From: Zootoca vivipara
Lineage: Eukaryota
DNA: 64,000 nt
Assembly (NCBI RefSeq): GCF_963506605.1
Contig: NC_083288.1
Location: forward strand, 30,070,001-30,134,000
Direction: 5' to 3'
Position numbers and translations under genes: made by a program. Below are positions 60,523 to 64,000 of the stretch, piece by piece (position 1 is the first letter of the stretch; each line of letters starts with the position of its first letter). The notes beneath the pieces were generated by a model. That model saw nothing but the letters and a program-made list of their open reading frames with translations, was not told the DNA's origin and did no database searches.

Positions 60523-61479
60523 TTATAGAACTCTAAATAGAGTTTTAGAAGGCCCCAAATCTAAGAGTTTCCACAATGCAGTCTTGATTTCTTTGTTTCT
60601 CATGCTGTAGATGAATGGATTCAGTGTGGGAGGAATAATGGTATATATTCCAGCAAAAGCAATATCCAGATCAGAAGAAGCATCATTTGGAGGCTTTGCA
60701 TAAGCAAAGATCCCAGTGAATATAAGCACAGATACAACTGTGAGGTGGGGAAGGCAAGTGGAGAGGAGTTTTTTCTGACCCTGAACTGAAGGGATTCTGA
60801 GCACTGCGGAAAAGATCTGCATGTATGTTATGATAATGAATATGAAACATCCTGTTCCTATACTAAAGGTTAGAACAAGAAGCCAAACCTCAACTAAATA
60901 AAAGTCAGAGCAGGAGATCTTCAGTAATTTTGGGATTTCACAGAAGAACTGATTGACATCATTAGAACAGAAGGTGTTGGCAAAGGTGCTGCCAGCATGC
61001 AATATGGCCGCAAAAAGGCCTACAACCCACCCAATAGCTACCATCTGTAGGCAGGCTCCTTTGTGCATAATGGTCTCATAGTGGAGTGGGTTGCAAATAG
61101 CAACATAGCGATCATGTGCCATGATAGTTAGCAGAGCAAAATCTGATGTTCCAAATAAATATAAAAAGAAAACTTGAGCAACGCATCCAAAATATGAAAT
61201 ATACCTGCTGCCTGAGAGGGAAATAGCCATTGATTTGGGTACCATGACGGAAATTGTTCCAACATCCAGCATAGCCAAATTCAGTAGAAAGAAGTACATG
61301 GGTGTGTGAAGGTGGTGATCAAGGAGAATTGCAGCAACAATGAGGAGATTCCCTATGATTGCTATCATGTATAATGCTAGGAATACAAAGAAGTGTAAGA
61401 TCTGTAGTTCTCGAATGTCTGAGAATCCCAGCAGCAGAAAAGTAAGATTGTGCATTTTGTTCATAGGCCTTATTAACAT
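60523..61479 (-). CDS. Olfactory receptor, family-14-like (OR-C2), intact, about 318 aa
   Basis: Paralog of OR-C1; ends PSKTLFRVL*; acceptor ttttacag upstream. Confidence 0.94.
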   Translation of the reverse strand: MLIRPMNKMHNLTFLLLGFSDIRELQILHFFVFLALYMIAIIGNLLIVAAILLDHHLHTPMYFFLLNLAMLDVGTISVMVPKSMAISLSGSRYISYFGCVAQVFFLYLFGTSDFALLTIMAHDRYVAICNPLHYETIMHKGACLQMVAIGWVVGLFAAILHAGSTFANTFCSNDVNQFFCEIPKLLKISCSDFYLVEVWLLVLTFSIGTGCFIFIIITYMQIFSAVLRIPSVQGQKKLLSTCLPHLTVVSVLIFTGIFAYAKPPNDASSDLDIAFAGIYTIIPPTLNPFIYSMRNKEIKTALWKLLDLGPSKTLFRVL

Positions 61480-61820
61480 GCTACCTGTAAAAGGAAGAAG
61501 ATAAGAGTTGTTAGGGTACAAATATTGACTTACCGGATAGATTGAAGCACAGTGCCTTTTATCTAACAATCAAATCTAGTGGTATTCTTTGCTTAATTGA
61601 TTAATGGGCAAATTTTGTGATGGCCCTTTTGCCCCCTCGGTTTTACAACCATAGAACAATAGAATTGCAGAGTTGGAAGGGACCCCAACCCCCTGCAATA
61701 CAAGTATATTTTACCCAACATGGAGCTCAAACCCATGACCGAGGTTAAGAGTCTCAAGGTCTACCAATTGAGCTATCCCAGCAATGGATATTTTCCTGAG
61801 AGTATCTGTCTAGATTCATA

Positions 61821-61867
<47 letters not shown>

Positions 61868-61880
61868 TATTATTATTATT
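61821..61880. repeat. (TAT)n microsatellite
   Basis: Direct. Confidence 0.9.
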
Positions 61881-63747
61881 GTCAACTACAGAATACATAT
61901 CAGTATTTAACACAAACCAAGTTAACGAAAAAGTTTAAACATTTCAAAAGAAACATTGCTAAATGATGTCAAATATAAAATGCACCTTTAAGACAACATA
62001 ATTAACAAGAGAATAAAACATTGTCATAGGCATAGAACATATCTGCTGCTGTTGCTGCCAGTCCTGCCTCTACATCTCTCAAATGTGTGCAGAATGGTGT
62101 GAGATTATCTCTCTACACCCTTCACTTACAGTTATGCATTCAATGGAACATCAGACAGGGAAACCTATGTTCACACATTTATATGTGTGTAAGAGCTCAC
62201 CACACAGTTGTTGGCCCCAATCATGAAGGGTTTTGATTAAGGTGCAGCGACTACATGCACAAAACTACATGCTTCTCTTCTGGTGTTTGGGTTGGACATG
62301 CAGATGTCAGGGAGAAGGATGGAAGATATGCACAGAAGTTACTCATTGTAGGGGTGTGGAACAGATGTAGTTTAAAAGGGAGCCCAAAGAAGAAAGTTTG
62401 AGAACCACTGCTTTAGTTCAATAGTCCTAATGAAATAATGAATGGTCATGGCTAAAATGGTTAAAGGAGAATACTGGTTCAACAGCAATTCTGCAGAGGG
62501 GGAGGGGATCTGCATTCTCCATGAAGCCTAACCTACCTTGCAGGCCTTTTCTAAGAATAAGGTGGAGTAATCCACCTCCCCCATTGTCCCCATTGGGATA
62601 GACGGAAAACAGTGCAACTGGGCAACCCTAGGTTTCTTTCTAAAACTTATGCAACAGAGTGCAGCATAGGAAATGACCTGCCTCCATGAGGCAGAGAGAT
62701 GTCACCTTTCTCCAACCCTGCCGACAAACTGATTTGGATGCACTGGCTCCAGTTTCCATCCTCAGATACACTATATCATTTTTACAGCAATTTTCATGGG
62801 GGCGGGGGGCGGGGAGAAATTTGTACCATTTTAGCTCAGACCTACACAGGAGTAAGGGAACAGTAGCGCAGGAGGAGGAACAAAACAACTACTCTCACCC
62901 TTGTTTGAAGCATATCACAAGGTGTGCTTCCACATGGCAGTTTATTGTGGACTTGGTGCTGCTCATGCTCAGAAAGTTCTCACATCATCCACACAATTTT
63001 GTCATCATCAAAATTCCAGCCTATACTTTTTCTTCCTTTAACCTGGATTATCTGCGCTAAGGTCTAAAAAAAAAACAACTCACCGTGCATATGCTTTCAA
63101 TGCTGGTGTGGAAACTCCTAAGCACATTTTTGTTGTGAAGGAAATGAATGGGCTGTTTTTCAGCTGGGTGGTGACTTTTCAGTAAGCAGCCTTTATTCCC
63201 ACAACCCCACTTCAATTGGCTTCTTTCATGAACAGTTTTCAAAAGATATGTAATCGTGAAAATCAATGCTTGGGGCTGCTTGCTCTGATCACAGAGCTGG
63301 CTCTGTGCTATGTGATCTGCCCTGGAGCTCCTAAGAGCTAGTCTACCACCCTATTGTGTAGTAAGATTCTGTCCTATCCTCAGTCATTTAGTGGGGGGTA
63401 GAGTTGGGTTTCAATGTGGTACCGTAGGGGATTTCGTTTTGGTTGTTGCTGTTACAGGAATGATAAAATATTCATGCCATCATTTATAACCTGGTTTATG
63501 CACTGCCTTTTTAGCCACAGTTCTCATTAAATGTGGTGCACCAGAATTCACAAATATGAAACATACTGGGTTGGATCCATATTTAGTCCTACTTGCAGGA
63601 GACCTGCTGAAATCAATGGTTCTATTCCAAATGTCACCGTCTGGACCCAGCCTCACAAAATGATGATCCAGTTAGAAAGAAACTAGACATTTTAAAAAAG
63701 TAGAGCAGTGCAATGATGGCTTCATTGTTTCAAGTATGTATGGATTA

Positions 63748-64000
63748 GACCCCTTGAAAACTGATAGATGACCAAAAGACAAAACAAATTGGCAAACACG
63801 TAGAGATTACATAAAAATAATAGGAAATTGCTGAACCCCTTACATCAATTTGAAATACCTTTAATTGGGAGATTCGGTTTCCCCTCCAGCTGTTTTAAGG
63901 TAAGATACAGTTCATATGTGATAGCCCATGCATCTTCTTTCAATCTTTCTGCTAAACTTACCACTGAATATGTAGCTGTTTTCCCCATTTTAAAAAGGTT
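63748..64000. promoter_or_regulatory. Conserved element copy 9 (left part only; core predicted just beyond the window), upstream of OR-C2
   Basis: Matches 48856-49110. Confidence 0.4.

Larger units (their letters stand above)
51062..64000. repeat. Segmental duplicate of 37230-49110 (OR-B + OR-C block)
   Basis: Collinear high identity with copy-specific TE insertions. Confidence 0.9.

Noticed and set aside
60523-61569. Extended N-termini of ORF-track OR calls (61569, 46469, 30645, 23557)
   Set aside because: They start at non-ATG codons upstream of a polypyrimidine-AG acceptor, so they are intronic; true starts are downstream.
51062-64000. Haplotypic false duplication of 37230-49110
   Set aside because: The copies differ by several independent TE insertions with TSDs and by many substitutions, which fits a true paralogous duplication better. 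Read depth would confirm.

Overview
Vertebrate genomic DNA, almost certainly a squamate and probably a lacertid lizard, judged from Sauria-type SINEs, RTE-BovB and Penelope-like repeats. The window is a chemosensory receptor cluster. It holds one six-exon type-2 vomeronasal receptor (V2R) gene on the + strand (about 3.4-10.0 kb). Exons 2-6 are intact, but exon 1 is disrupted by a young SINE and has no in-frame ATG. It also holds a tandem array of single-exon family-14-like olfactory receptor (OR) genes, all on the - strand: 5 intact ORFs, one gene with a single nonsense codon, and 3 fragments. The array was built by segmental duplication. An OR+V2R unit occurs three times, with the V2R deleted to different extents, and an OR-B+OR-C block occurs twice. 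Notable non-coding features: (i) a ~400-bp paralogous element 1.4-2.8 kb upstream of each full-length OR, with a near-invariant 22-bp inverted-repeat core TCTTGGGA-tcttac-TCCCAAGA (8 cores seen); (ii) minimal type-I hammerhead ribozymes in Penelope-like termini; (iii) a 2-kb cargo-carrying hAT-like element whose empty site is visible in a paralog; (iv) two N runs at the identical position in paralogous blocks. All calls are from manual reading, and repeat family names are pattern-based and not database-verified.
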